Shown one piece after another: positions 39,064 through 52,096 of a DNA stretch of 64,000 nt. Source of the DNA: Yuukianura sp. NJ FZ-2021 (lineage: Eukaryota); assembly GCA_046563655.1 (NCBI GenBank), contig CM102287.1, positions 10,106,001-10,170,000 on the forward strand. Reading direction: 5' to 3'. The notes under the pieces were generated by a model that ran no database searches, was not told where the DNA came from, and worked only from the letters and a program-made list of their open reading frames with translations. The first letter of the stretch is position 1; each line of letters opens with the position of its first letter. The position numbers and the translations under genes are program-made.

Positions 39064-40569
39064 TTACTTGGATGTTGTCCACTGCTGACTGACGGTAGGT
39101 GCTGATTCGATGTCCAGATTTTTGTAGCCATAATGGATGAGTCTGAAGAAGGTGATGACAATGTAGAGTACCCATGACAACAGGAGAGTGTTGAAGAGCG
39201 ACACGAAGAACAGACTCAGCATTCCATTCGTACCGGCCATTGTCATGAGCATCTGCGCAGTGACCAGGGTCATCACGAGACACAGCGCAGCTTGGAAACT
39301 CACGAAAATGATGAACGGAAGAAGAAGCCACTTGTTCTCCTGAAACAGAGGGAAATTACTAAATTAAACTACGAATTACTTGTAATTAATTAATTCAATT
39401 ACTAATTACTTTCACGGCTCCCACAAGCATCAACAGAGAGATCAACAGAAGCAGAATGTGGTTGAGAACAAACGCTGAAAAGAAGAAGCTCAATTACTTT
39501 TGAATTAAAATAATTAACCTCTAATTTACAAATACTTTTGAATAAAAATTACTTCTGAATTACAATTAATTACTTTCGAACTATTTTCGTCTCCATAAGA
39601 AAACCGACGCTAAATTTGAATTTGGCTCACTTTTTAAAATTGTAGTGAGCGGGAAATTCAAACTTAGCGTCACTTTAGATTTCAATTGCTTGCTACACGG
39701 CAAGTATTTTCGTCTCCATAAGAAAACCGACGCTAAATTTGAATTTGGCTCACTTTTTAAAATTGTAGTGAGCGGTAAATTTAAACGTAGCGTCACTCTA
39801 GATTTCAATTGCTACACAGGATACAGGAAGTATTTTCATCTCCATAAGAAAACCGACGCTAAATTTGAATTTGGCTCACTTTTTAAAATTGTAGTGAGCG
39901 GTAAATTTAAACGTAGCGTCACTCTAGATTTCAATTGCTACACAGGATACAGGAAGTATTTTCATCTACATAAGAAAACCGACGCTAAATTTGAATTTGG
40001 CTCACTTTTTAAAATTGTAGTGAGCGGTAAATTTAAACGTAGCGTCACTCTAGATTTCAATTGCTACACAGGATACAGGAAGTATTTTCATCTACATAAG
40101 AAAACCGACGCTAAATTTGAATTTGGCTCACTTTTTAAAATTGTAGTGAGCGGTAAATTTAAACGTAGCGTCACTCTAGATTTCAATTGCTACACAGGAT
40201 ACAGGAAGTATTTTCATCTCCATAAGAAAACCGACGCTAAATTTGAATTTGGCTCACTTTTTAAAATTGTAGTGAGCGGGAAATTCAAAATTTGCGTCAT
40301 TCTTTGTTCTCACTGGAAAATATTTTCAACGTTTTTGAATTACCGTTGTATTGCTCTGGTGAAAAATCGGCAGTGAACAGATCATCATTCACCAAAATCA
40401 GAACCAATTGAACGAAGTAATTCTGAAAAAAACAAGAAGTTTTTTTGAAATTAATAATTTCTAAAGTTCGAAATCAAAATGTTGATCTTCTTACAAGAGA
40501 AGCGACGATTCCTAGGACAATGGTCAGCGTCCGAGTACTGCAACCACAAGTAGTGCACAGGCAACACAT
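39064..40569 (-). CDS. Four-TM LAPTM/DUF4728-like membrane protein, paralog A (4 exons)
   Basis: MCCLCTTCGCSTRTLTIVLGIVASL / NYFVQLVLILV.. / AFVLNHILLLLISLLMLVGAVK / ENKWLLLPFIIF.. A Cys-rich start and the GAVK-E.KWLLLP motif are typical of this family. Confidence 0.75.
39582..40300. repeat. Intronic tandem array of 126-bp units (~5.7 copies), each with an internal inverted repeat
   Basis: Units start at 39582, 39705, 39831, 39957, 40083 and 40209, are near-identical, and lie in intron 2 of paralog A. Confidence 0.95.
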
Positions 40570-41000
40570 CTTGAGTGATGACCTTCACTTGACCTCTGAC
40601 CTTTTCACTTTAACAAAAAAAAAGTTCCCTACCTTCAACATACAACAGTTTCAAGTTTTTCAAATACCAAAATAATACCAAAATCGTTGTTGAAAACTCA
40701 AAAAACCTTGTTGGAAAAAGTTTGTAAATTGTCAAGGAAACGAAAAAAAAAATTGAGAAATCGTAAATTTAATCCGCTCTTCCTTCAGCCTCTCTCTGGA
40801 CGATTCCCACTCATAAATTTGAATTAATCGGGATTTGTATAAATGGTACAAAATATAGAAAGTAATTAAGTAATTAAGTAATTACTTAGTAATTAGAAGG
40901 AGGAACACTCAAGTTAATTGAAATTAAATGTGAGATTCATCGGTAACTTTAAACTTTAAATCCAAATTAATGAAAAATCAACCGTGAGTTACCAATAACT

Positions 41001-42945
41001 TTAGAGAATTGATCGGAATTTCCTTCCGAGTAGCTTAAAATCGTGGTAAGACAGAGAAGCCAGTGACCAAGTTTTGAACGGAAACTTTTCAATCGATTTT
41101 CCAAATTCTCCTTCCAGAAGACTCAAAATTCCAGCTTCAGTAATCTGAAAAATCATTTCAACAAAAATCAAAAAGCTAAGAATTAGAGTTAAAAAAAAAT
41201 CAAGTAATCGATTGTTTCAGTACCTTCTGTAGTGGACTGGCAGCTCGGAGATAAAATTCTTTGAGTTTCATTTTGGAAAAGACGTCACGGAATGCTCTAT
41301 CTGTCACCAGCGGCATCCAGTCCAACTTCAGTGTAATTCTTCGTAATTCTAAAACGAAAAGTGATATTTTCAAAATTTCAATTTTCAATTTTTCAATTTT
41401 AGTAAATTGGAAAACTTACTTTTGAGTTTGAGAAAAGTAGGATTTTGTTCTTCAGTTCCAATAAGAGCGACGTTTCCAAACGTACTGCAGTCTTCAACTG
41501 TCAATTCCTCCAGCTGATTAAGCCCCTCCCACAATTTCAAAAACGAAACGTTTTTGATGTTCCATCGAACGAGTTCCAAAGTACGAACATTGGAGAAGTT
41601 TCTGGCCAATACTCGACTACTGCGCAGTAGTCCTTCGAGTTCCATGGACCAAAGTATGTCTTCATCTAGAACCAAAGACAGTTTGGTCACACTTGATCTC
41701 ACTCTGGAGTTAAACAAAAGTTGGACAATGTGCGGAACGTTTTGATTGGCGGAGTCGATTAGTACAGAAACGTTTTTCAAACTGGGCCATTCCGGTGCAT
41801 TTTCAAAACTGTGGTGAATACAGGAATAGCATGTAGAGTTGATCACGAGTTTTGTCATATTTGGTAGTTCCAGTGTGCGTACAAACGGCTGAAGATTGGT
41901 CATCGATTGAATGACGTTGTTACACGCAGCAGTGTACGTCGGATGGCCACCGTATTGCGTGTAGTTGGGAAAAATCATCTCAGCATGAGCATTCTTCACT
42001 TGAATAAGATTCTTCATTTCACAGTGCAGAAACAATAAGAGGACGGGGAATCCAAAACACATAAGAATATGATCGTCGTCACCAACGACATACTTGAGGT
42101 CAAGCGTTTTCAACGTTAGGCCACGAGCGGACTTGTTTTGAATGTTGATGTAGTCCATGACATTGTCATAGTAAGTGTCAATTTCATCATCTTGAGCGTA
42201 ACCATCAAAATCTTGAGATGCAACGGGAAAACGAAGGTACTCGAGATGTGGACAAGCGGCGACCAGTGTCCAGTGGTAACTCGTTTTAGCTGGAGCTGCT
42301 GGCGACATTATGTCGCCAAACTTAAGTACTTTCAGATCCTGGAAACAAGATGGAAATCTTGGAGTTGCTTTGTCGTCATCCGGACGTTTTCGGGCATCCA
42401 CAATTTGTAATTTGAGTTCAGTGAGATTCGTAAGTGATTGGAAGAAGATGAATTCGTTGTCGTTGAAAAACGTTCCGAAGTTCTGGACTTTTAGTTTCCG
42501 GATGTGTGGTCCATAGGTACGAGCAAATGCAAGCATAGATGGAGAGTTGTAGATGTCAATCCCTTCGTCTCCGGAGTTGTTTATAAAGATTTCGGTAACG
42601 TTCAGCCCGGAACGAACTGCTGCTTCGAAGGTGTTGTATCCTTCTGAGTCCGGTTTGATGTCCAGTCGATATCCGGTCCAAGCATCCCTGTTTGTGCTGT
42701 TGGTCACCCATGCCTTGGTGGTCTTGCAAACACGACGTAGTGTCAGCAGCTCCTTTCCCCTCAAGTACTTCAGTAAGTTGTCAATTACCTAGAAAAGCGA
42801 AAACGAAACGTTTTAATTACTTCAATTGTTAACTGATTAGTTGATTAAGTCATATCTTTACCAATGTTGGCACTTGAAGAAGTAAATCCTTCGGGTCATC
42901 ATGAACGTCATCAGACGAATCGGCACAGCTGTTTCCTTCGGTCAT
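41001..42945 (-). CDS. F-box / leucine-rich-repeat (RNI-like) protein
   Basis: F-box-like LLQVPTL-VIDNLLKYLRGKELLTLRRVCKTTKAWV, followed by LRR-like units (LTNLTELKL, CPHLEYL, FSNVRTLEL, LNQLEELTV). Confidence 0.8.
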
Positions 42946-43310
42946 TTCAATTTCAACGATGTCACCTTTGTTTGTCCAATTCTTGAATGTTACGTTTAAG
43001 TTAATTGACCAAAGTAATTGAACCAATTAGTTGAGTACTTACTGTCTCTTGTCTTACCAATGAAATCCAAATTGTTCCAGTTGTCCAGTGCAGTCCGCCA
43101 AAACTAATTTTTCGCGTGTTTTTCTGGATATGCCGTGCGGATCTTGCTGGATATACTCGACTCGTCGACTCCCTCCCGCGCCTCTCCCACCTTCGTCTTT
43201 ATATAAACAACACCAAAGAGCCTTTACATTAACGTTAGGTTTTGATTAACTTTTAAATCGTTAATTGAGTTAACATTTTGATAAAGTTTAATCAACATCG
43301 ATAATTCATC

Positions 43311-45332
43311 ATGTCAAATAGCGACGAAAGCGGACAAGGGACGGATGTCATTCGTGTAATTCTGGGGGCATACGTCCATTCACTTTCCAAGGAACAACCA
43401 CTGCAAATTGTTCCGAATGGAGTCATTGGAGTTCGGCATGGAAAGGTAACGACACTAGTTAACTAATTAAAAAGTAATTGAGAATTAATTAGTTTTGTGT
43501 TGTGATTGCAGATTATTTTCGTAGACATTGAGGAGAATTTGGAGCAACTGAAGGAGGTGTACAGTTTCACGAGTGACAACATTTTGATTCTTGGACAGTG
43601 GTACTTACTAATAATAAGTCGTTTTCTAAATTCCTTTGACCTTTACCTTCTTAATCCTTTTGATTTCTTGTTAGTGAATTCATCATTCCTGGCTTCGTGG
43701 ATACTCACATTCATGCTCCTCAGGTGGATTTCAAAACATGATTACAACTAAATAGTTAATTGAATTTTAACGTTTTACGATCGTTTGTAGTATCCAAATG
43801 CCGGTTTGGGTCTGGATCTGCCGCTGCTGGAGTGGCTCAAGACGTACACTTTTCCTCTGGAAACAAGGTTTCAGGATCCTGCCTTTGCCCGGTCATGTTA
43901 CAAGAAAGTTGTGGTATTAATCGATTAAGTAGCAAAAACTGCCACTTCTAGTTGACAGGAACTACATTTTCTGTTCTTTGTTTGTCCAGGAACGAACTCT
44001 ACGTAATGGAACGACCACGGCCAGTTACTTTGCTACAATCCATCGAGAAAGTACGGAAATACTTGGAGACGTCGTGGATTCAATGGGACAGAGAGCGCTG
44101 ATTGGGAAAGTATGCATGGATTCTAACTCACCGCAAGACTACGTGGAAACTACTGAGGCATCTTTACTCTCGACGGAAGAATTTGTCGTTAACATGCTCA
44201 ATCGAAAGGTAATTACTTTTAAATTGACAAATGACACAGGAAAGCTTAACAAATTGATTGTTTGATTAAAGTCCAGTCGTGTTCGTCCAACAATTACGCC
44301 AAGATTTGCCTTGAGCTGCACCGAGACGCTGATGAAGGGACTGGCCAACATTGCTGCCAAGTACAACGTCAATATCCAAGTGAGTCTGAGAATGAAGACT
44401 AATTACTAATTACTGATTGAAAGTTTATCTGTATTTTTTAATTTTAGACACATCTCTGTGAAAGTCAACCTGAAATCAAACAAATTCGCCAAGATTTTCC
44501 GCATTGCAAGAGTTACACGGAATTGTACGAAAGTTTGGGACTCACGACCGACAAGGTAATATTTTTCACAACATATTTAAGTTTTTTAGATGTGATTAAT
44601 GATTAATCGTCAACTGCTAAAACGTTATGATTCTTGTTCATTTTTAGACAATAATGGCCCACTGTGTTCACATGGAGGAGGATGAAGTGGCCATTTTAGC
44701 TCGGAATTCCACTGGTGTGTCACACTGTCCAACTTCCAACATTTGTCTCCGAAGTGGCCTTTGTCCAGTACGGAAGTTACTGGATGCTGGAGTCTCTGTT
44801 GGTCTCGGTAACAATAACATTTTAACTTTTCTCAAAAATTAATTAGACTAACTGATTTTTATGAAAGTAATTGAACTGTGGAATTGCCACTGATAGGGAC
44901 GGATGTGTCTGGTGGCTACTCAGCATCCATCATGGAAGCCATGCGACATGCTCTTCTGACATCCAAGTGTTTGGCCATCCAGGATCCACTGTACGAACAA
45001 CTGACGTACAAAGATGTCTTCTATCTGGCTACTCTCGGTGGAGCTCAAGGTAAAAACAGCAAATGAAGCAACACTTAAATAGTTTGATTAATTGGAGTAA
45101 TTGAAGTGCTGATTTGTCATTTGTGTTAGCTCTGTCCATGCAAAAGGAAATTGGTAACTTTGAAGTTGGGAAATACTTTGATGCCTTGCACATTGACCTT
45201 GCTGCTGCTGGGTCACCGATCCACCTCTTCCCAGGGGAAGAGTTGTCTCAAATGATCCAGAAATTCATTGTTCTCGGAGACGATCGGAACATTGTTCGTG
45301 TTTTTGTCGAAGGACGACAAGTGAAGGTCTAA
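43311..45332 (+). CDS. GDA: Guanine deaminase (multi-exon)
   Basis: IPGFVDTHIHAPQY, LPLLEWLKTYTFPLE, TLRNGTTTASYFATIH, PTITPRFA, MAHCVH, HCPTSN, GLGTDVSGG, ATLGGA, GDDRNI. Confidence 0.96.
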
Positions 45333-45697
45333 GGAATTCGTATGCCTTAATTGACAAGTTAATTGGTAATTCTAATGAGAATTACATAGTACTTTAAAGT
45401 AATTTGACTAAATTGCTGCTAATTTGAAACTGATCATGACTAATCATAAATTAAACGGGTTATTTTAATTGCAAATTGCTGCCTAATTAAGTTTTAGGGT
45501 TAATTATTGTGAAAGTAATTTATAGTTTGGTGGTGTGCATGAGTGGGGTAAGTTGATACGCGGGAGATCAAAGCGGCATCCAAAACTGCATCTTTTGTTT
45601 ACATTTTTCGAGTAATTTGACGAAACGAAATCATGTGTTTTTGTTTTCAATTACTAATTGAACTTAAGTGTCAACTTTAGTTGGCTACTCTCTTTGA

Positions 45698-48600
45698 ATG
45701 ATCCGTACTCTTCGATTACTGTATCACTGTAAGTCATTCGTCTGTCCTAACCAGTTTTATAATTTTCCAAATTGTTCCAGAGGGGCCTTTTACCTTGACA
45801 CTAGGAAACTCTTTGGTCCTGTCACCAGCGGAATGCATCAAACTAAGATTGGACAATTTTTCAAGCGTGCTGGGTCATCCTCTACGTCGGGGTCAGATTC
45901 TCCAGTTGCAAAGGACACCAATAAATCCAAAGATGACAAAGCAGACGACTTGGCTCCAATTTTTAAACGAAAAGCATCTACGAGTCCAGGAGTTGATAGC
46001 AAATCAACTAAGGTCAGGAAGACCAGTACAACACCAGACAGTCCCCCGAAGGTCAACGTGTCACCATCACCCAAGAAAAGCCAAAGTGCTCCAACACTCG
46101 GATCCAATACAGCCACAGCAGCAACTGGTTGGGACAACGACTACAATCCAGCTCAATCCAATTACCATCCGATTAATCACGCTTCGTGGGAACGGGGTCA
46201 AACGTTAGTTAGGATTTTCGAATATTCATACCTTCCTAATAATTGATTTCACATGATTAATCGTTGATGTTAGGGTACCGTATCTGGCGCTGTCCAAGAC
46301 ACTGGAAGCCATTGAAGCCACCAGTAGTCGCTTGAAGAACATTGAAATTTTAGCAAATTACTTTCGGTCGGTGATCGTCCTTACTCCAGAAGACTTGATT
46401 CATAGTGTTTACCTTTGTTTGAATAAACTAGCACCAGCGTATGAAGGTAATCAATTATCAATTAACTATCTATAATTGATGATTTTAACATAAATCATGA
46501 TTTGAATGTAATTTTTAGGTGTGGAGTTGGGTATAGCTGAAACTAACATTATGAAAGCCATTGCTCAAGCGACTGGTCGTTCTCTGTCGTCCATCAAAGC
46601 CGACGCTGGAGCTCAAGGTGACTTAGGTTTGGTAGCTGAAACGAGTCGGAGTAATCAAAGAACTCTCATGACACCTCAACCCTTGACAGTCTACGGTGTT
46701 TTTCAAAAACTTAAGGAAATTGCTTCCCTTACTGGAAATGCTGTAAGTAATCGATCAACAAGTAATTAGTTTTTTTCATTTATAGTCTTTTTGTTGATTT
46801 ATAGTCTGTCCAGAAGAAGAACAGCATGATAACTTCCATGTTAGTCTCGTGTAAACATTCAGAAGCTCGCTACTTGACTCGATCGTTAGCCGGTAAACTT
46901 CGCATAGGTTTAGCAGAGCAGAGTTTGCTTCAAGCGTTGGCTCAAGCTACTTTTTTAACTCCGCCGAATCAAGATCGAGACATTTGGCCTCCCAAAATTT
47001 TAAACGCTGGAAAGAAGATGTCAGCAGATACTCTCAAGGCCAAAATTGATGAAGAAGCGTTCAAACTGAAATCGTGTTTTTGGTAAGCCTTTTACAAAAT
47101 TTATAAAAATCCAAAACTTCCAAAAACTGAAATCAATCCGTATGTTTTTAGTGAATGTCCGAACTACGACCTTCTTGTCAAAGCCATTCTGGAAGACGGA
47201 GTGGACAACTTGAGTAAAACGTGTAAGCTCACTCCTGGAATCCCGCCACGTCCCATGCTGGCACAACCCACCAAAGGCATTCCAGACGTTTTACAGCGCT
47301 TTGACGGAATCAAGTTCACTTGCGAATACAAATACGATGGAGAGAGGGCACAGGTTAAAAAGATTTTTAATTTCAAACGCATTTTGAAAAAGTTTAACTG
47401 TTTTCGTGGCTTTTCTAGGTCCACTTGCTGGAAGATGGTTCCGTGAGAATCTACAGCCGAAATCAAGAGAACAATACTTCCAAGTATCCTGACATTATCA
47501 GTCGTTTCCCAGCATGTATCACTGGAGATGTCACTTCTTGTATCTTGGACTCCGAGGCAGTTGCATGGGATATCGAAAAGGAGTCCATTCTGCCGTTCCA
47601 AGTTTTATCAACTCGCAAACGCAAGGTAGCTTGACCTTTTGACCCCAAATTGGCATTTAGTCTTTCGTTAATCAATGAATTTGGATTTCAGGATGCAAAT
47701 GAAGCTGAAATCACAGTCCAAGTCCAATTGTTTGCCTTTGACCTTCTGTATCTCAATGGCGAGTCTCTCGTCAAAAAACCGTTGATCGAACGACGTCGTC
47801 TGTTACACGAAAATTTTCAACCAATGAAGGGCCAGTTTTCGTTTGCCTCCAGTTTGGACACGGACAATGTCGAACAGGTTCAGGAGTTCCTGGAAGAATC
47901 AATCAAAGGTAAGCTTAAATGCAACTTAATTACTAATTAAATTAACTTTTCTTGCTAATTGATTGGCTTTTATTGTGATTTAGGAAACTGTGAGGGATTG
48001 ATGGTGAAAACGCTGGATGTGAATGCCAGTTATGAACTGGCGAAGCGATCTCAGAAGTGGTTGAAGCTGAAGAAAGATTACTTGGACAGCGGTGGAGATT
48101 CGCTGGATTTGGTGGTGGTCGGTGGATTTCATGGGAAAGGGAAGCGAACTGGAACTTACGGTGGATTTCTACTTGCTTGCTACAATCCTCAAGAGGAAGA
48201 ATATCAAACAATTTGTAAAGTAAGTGTTCAAAAAGCTTGCTAATCTTCAAAATTATGATTTTAAGTGACCTTTGACCTTGCAGCTTGGAACTGGATTTTC
48301 GGATGAACAATTGCAGCAACATACTGACAGCCTCAAGCCGCACATTATCCCAAAACCAAAGAGTTACTACAATTTCAACTCACAATTGACTCCTGACGAC
48401 TGGTTCGAACCCGTCCAAGTGTGGGAGATCAAATGTGCTGACCTGTCCCTGTCTCCGGTCCACACAGCCGCTGTTGGAATTGTAAGAAAAAGTTCACAAT
48501 TAAGTTAATCGATTAATGAAGTTTTAACTACTTGATGCAGGCTGACCCAGAACGAGGAATTTCGCTACGGTTTCCAAGGTTTCTCCGAACTCGCGATGAC

Positions 48601-48714
48601 AAGAACATTGAAGATGCGACTTCGGCGAGACAAGTGGCAGACATGTACCGGAACCAAGACGTGGTCAAGAATTCCACCAAGGAGAAGAAGTGGGACGACG
48701 ACGAATTCTACTAA
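45698..48714 (+). CDS. LIG1: DNA ligase 1 (multi-exon)
   Basis: PIP box [11 protein letters not shown] ([20 protein letters not shown]), catalytic [39 protein letters not shown]. Confidence 0.97.
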
Positions 48715-49484
48715 ACAATGAAAATACTGGATACTACCAGTATCCAGTACTTCTATTGGACATCGATCAGTATGATACTGGTGGATCTGGATAGTGAAAA
48801 TAATAAAATTGCTCTCCCATTCGTTAAACACAAGCGTTGTGATTTATTTGCAATTTTTAGAATATTTGGATCCTGCATATTTTTAAAGTTTTGTAAATAC
48901 GATTTGGAAAAATTCATCTTATTTAAGTATAGTAATGTTTTGCAATTTTAAAAGACCAAAGGAGTTGCAGAAATGGTGACAAAGTTGCAATTTTTAAATC
49001 GTGCAGGAATTTAGTAAATGCCAGGAATTGAAAAGTTCCAGCGTGAATTTGGTAGAATTGAGATAGGAGATTGTACGTAGCGAAGAGGTGGATAGGAGAG
49101 TTGCCTTTGCCTTGCTTTTGTATAGGAAGTCCGCCAGCGGGAAAAAAAAGTGAAGAAGGCGAGGAGCCTTTCTGGACTGTACGATCCCCGCATAGATCCG
49201 GACACTTTCATAGTAGAACCTTTAACTTCACTGTGAGAAATCTCTTCCAAAAAATTCAAAAATTTATTAATTTAAAAAAATTCATATCCAAGGAATGTAA
49301 TGTCTCTGAATGCAAATCTCTGCACAACTAAACTCATAACAATCTGAAGTATTTTTTAAAATTTGAAAAATTCAAAAACTAACAAGCGATCGATTTTTCA
49401 AAGAAAAAAAAAGCATAGGGTATTGTATTGTAAGAGTCCATGTTTATTTTTCGATGGGATGGGGCGTAGCCTCAGAAATTTGCA

Positions 49485-50030
49485 AAAGAGTAAATGTTAC
49501 CCCTCCAAAGAGTTACGAGTTACTCCTTTGCGTTTTTAGATACCTTAGAATTTCGTTTTTAGAATTTCTGGATTGAGCGGAGCAGGCGCGGCGCATAATT
49601 CTTTGCTTTGAGTGAAAATTAAGAGAAAACAGAGAAAGTAATTACTAGGGGGCTTGAAACACTCGGTAAAAACAAAAAAATTTTGCAAAACCACAAAAAA
49701 AGGGTCGGGGGTAGTTTCGGAGTGCGGACATCCGGAGTGGACAAAAGAGGCGCCAGGTGTAGTTCAAGAGTGCGGACCTCCGGCGGAACAGCAACATGCA
49801 AAAAAGAGTTACCCGTTACTCCTTTCACTTCCATATAAAAGGAAACCGCACAAAATTTTTCCCATTCACTCTCGTCTTGGTCCTGGAAGGGGGCGGATCC
49901 CATTTCCAACTCCAAAAGAGTAGGATTCCGTAGGATCTTACTCCTCAAAAGAGTAACCAGTAACTCCTTCCTTTTTCATATAAAAAGGAAAGCTCACCAA
50001 ATTTTTCTCCTTCATTCTAGTCTTGAAAGA
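49485..50030. repeat. Intergenic block with recurring palindromic motif AAAGAGTWAC-NN-GTWACTCCT and a duplicated ~60-bp segment; possible non-autonomous element relic
   Basis: Motifs near 49508, 49803, 49915 and 49948. Segment 49801-49863 resembles 49948-50010. Confidence 0.4.
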
Positions 50031-50278
50031 AAGAGGAGGAACAGTTTCATTGTGTAAATAAATTAGCAGCTATCCCTACTAGGAAAGGAAGTTTTTCAAA
50101 TAACGGAACACATATTTAGATGAAGCTGAGACTAATTTTAATTTATTGAATTTAGAATAGATTAATTGTAAAGCCTAATTAAATTAGCTGAGAATGGTGG
50201 GACAAGGATGATCACTTTGATTAGCAGGAGTGGCAGACTGTTGATTGAGTTCCGGTTAGTTTTAGCAGAGGTCGGAGG

Positions 50279-51458
50279 TCATTGGGCCCAGGCTGCAGTG
50301 GTGTAAGCAACAATAGAGAATCTGTACTCCGAACCAGCCTCATCCGGGTTATTATTCAGAAGTTTAATGCGTTGATCACAGATCTTTGCAGCATCCTGTC
50401 AAGTAACAAATAGACTCATTAGTTTAGTCGATTAATTTGGTATTGAATGCAAAACTGCAATAACTTACGTTGAGAAGTTTTTCTGTGTTGGTTGGTCCAT
50501 GATTGACAGGAAACTCTCTACGACCATCCAATTCATACAAGTGTCCATCCTTGTGAACAAAGGCCACGAAATGAGTGATTCTGAAAATGCACAAAATTAA
50601 TACAGTAAAATGGACATGGACTGTCAAGGTCAAGGTCAACTCATGCCAATGTCAGCTGATATCTTACAGTGGGACATCCCGATCGGGGGCAGCCGTTTGA
50701 CCTTCAGCTGCCATCTCTTCATGAGCTTCTGCCAGTTTATCAGCCTTATGCAGTGCCTCTCCACGAGCGTAAGGGACCAGTCCCTTCGTTTCAGCCAAAA
50801 AGTCCTTTAGCATTCCGCTCTCCAGACCAGCACTGGAACAATAAAAGTAACTGAGTTAGTTCTTTCCAAATTAGTTGATAATTAATGGATCATCTTACGC
50901 CTCTACGTTGTTTGCCAGAGAATGGATAACTCCTACAGTTCCACATGCATTTGGAATGAGCTGCTTCATGTAGTACAAGTCTGGAGACACAATTTGACCT
51001 TTCTGCTTGATCCGGTCGTCTTGATCCTTACAGAAGTTGTCATACTGAAATCAATCAAACACCTTCAATTAATAGTTGGTTCCATTTCAAGGAGTTTACG
51101 ATAATTGGTCTAACCTCAGTTGTAATTGGAAAGAGAAGAATGACAGCATGGACTGGCTGGGGTACCATCTTAAGTAAATCGTCAGACAATCCGTACACGT
51201 CCACCCATTCTCCCTTCTGAGCTCCCAGGCTGTGAGAGTACTAAAAAATCATACATTTCATGGTAATAAACGCAAGGCAATAGACGTTTGTGGTAATTGA
51301 GCAACAAGTTGACGTACCTTTGTCATCACCTAAGAACAAATCAAAACGATTACTAAGATTTACATCAGAAAATGTACAAAGAACTATGTAATTGAACTAA
51401 TTGAAGTATGGTTTACCTCAGGGTTAGATTCTAATGGAACCCAACTAGCAGCAGACAT
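50279..51458 (-). CDS. UCHL3: Ubiquitin C-terminal hydrolase, UCH-L3/L1 family
   Basis: [35 protein letters not shown] (catalytic Gln/Cys), [27 protein letters not shown] (His/Asp). Confidence 0.93.
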
Positions 51459-52096
51459 CTTTTTTCTTTCACAGCAGCTACCTAAATTGACAAATCATCA
51501 AAGACAAGTTAATGATTAGTGGAATCGGAATGTCATCTTACTAACATGCATTGTGTAACAATTAGCACACAATTAATTCACCTGGTTAATCTGATGACAA
51601 TGATAGATAGCCGGCAGGCAGGCACAACCCACAACGTACAAGCGAAAGAGCGAAACGGGACGGATATGGAACCAGAAAGTCAACGGTCAAAACAGACTTG
51701 CTTCTGACTTCTTTCCTGGACAAAGACTGACTGAAGACACCGAAACGGAAACCTGGTACCGGTACAGACAGACAACACGGTCACGGTGACGGTGACGACG
51801 GTACGAAGCAAAAAAAAATCCAGAGAAATCCTCCCACGATACACCCACCTTTGACACTTTTGTCTCTCCAGAGTTGGACATAGGACAGGACAGGGGAGGA
51901 CCAGAAAAAAAATCTGAATTTACTAAACTGTTCCTCTAAACTGTGGATAACCTCTGAACACAAATAGTGACGAACACCATTAAACCAATCGTTATCAAAG
52001 TATAGTAACACATTACTAATTAGTTAATTAGTAATAAACAATAAAATACAACGAGGACTTAGTTCATATTCTAAAAACACAGGAGATCGTGACTCT

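Noticed and set aside
39582..40300. CRISPR-like array
   Set aside because: Units are near-identical end to end with no unique spacers, the context is eukaryotic, and there are no cas genes.
39645..40376. 243-aa repetitive ORF on the plus strand
   Set aside because: It is a by-product of a 126-bp (multiple of 3) tandem repeat lying antisense within an intron, with no ATG start or protein features.
43311..45332. Horizontal (bacterial) origin of guanine deaminase
   Set aside because: The gene is intron-rich and has an ordinary metazoan-type GDA sequence; nothing here indicates HGT.
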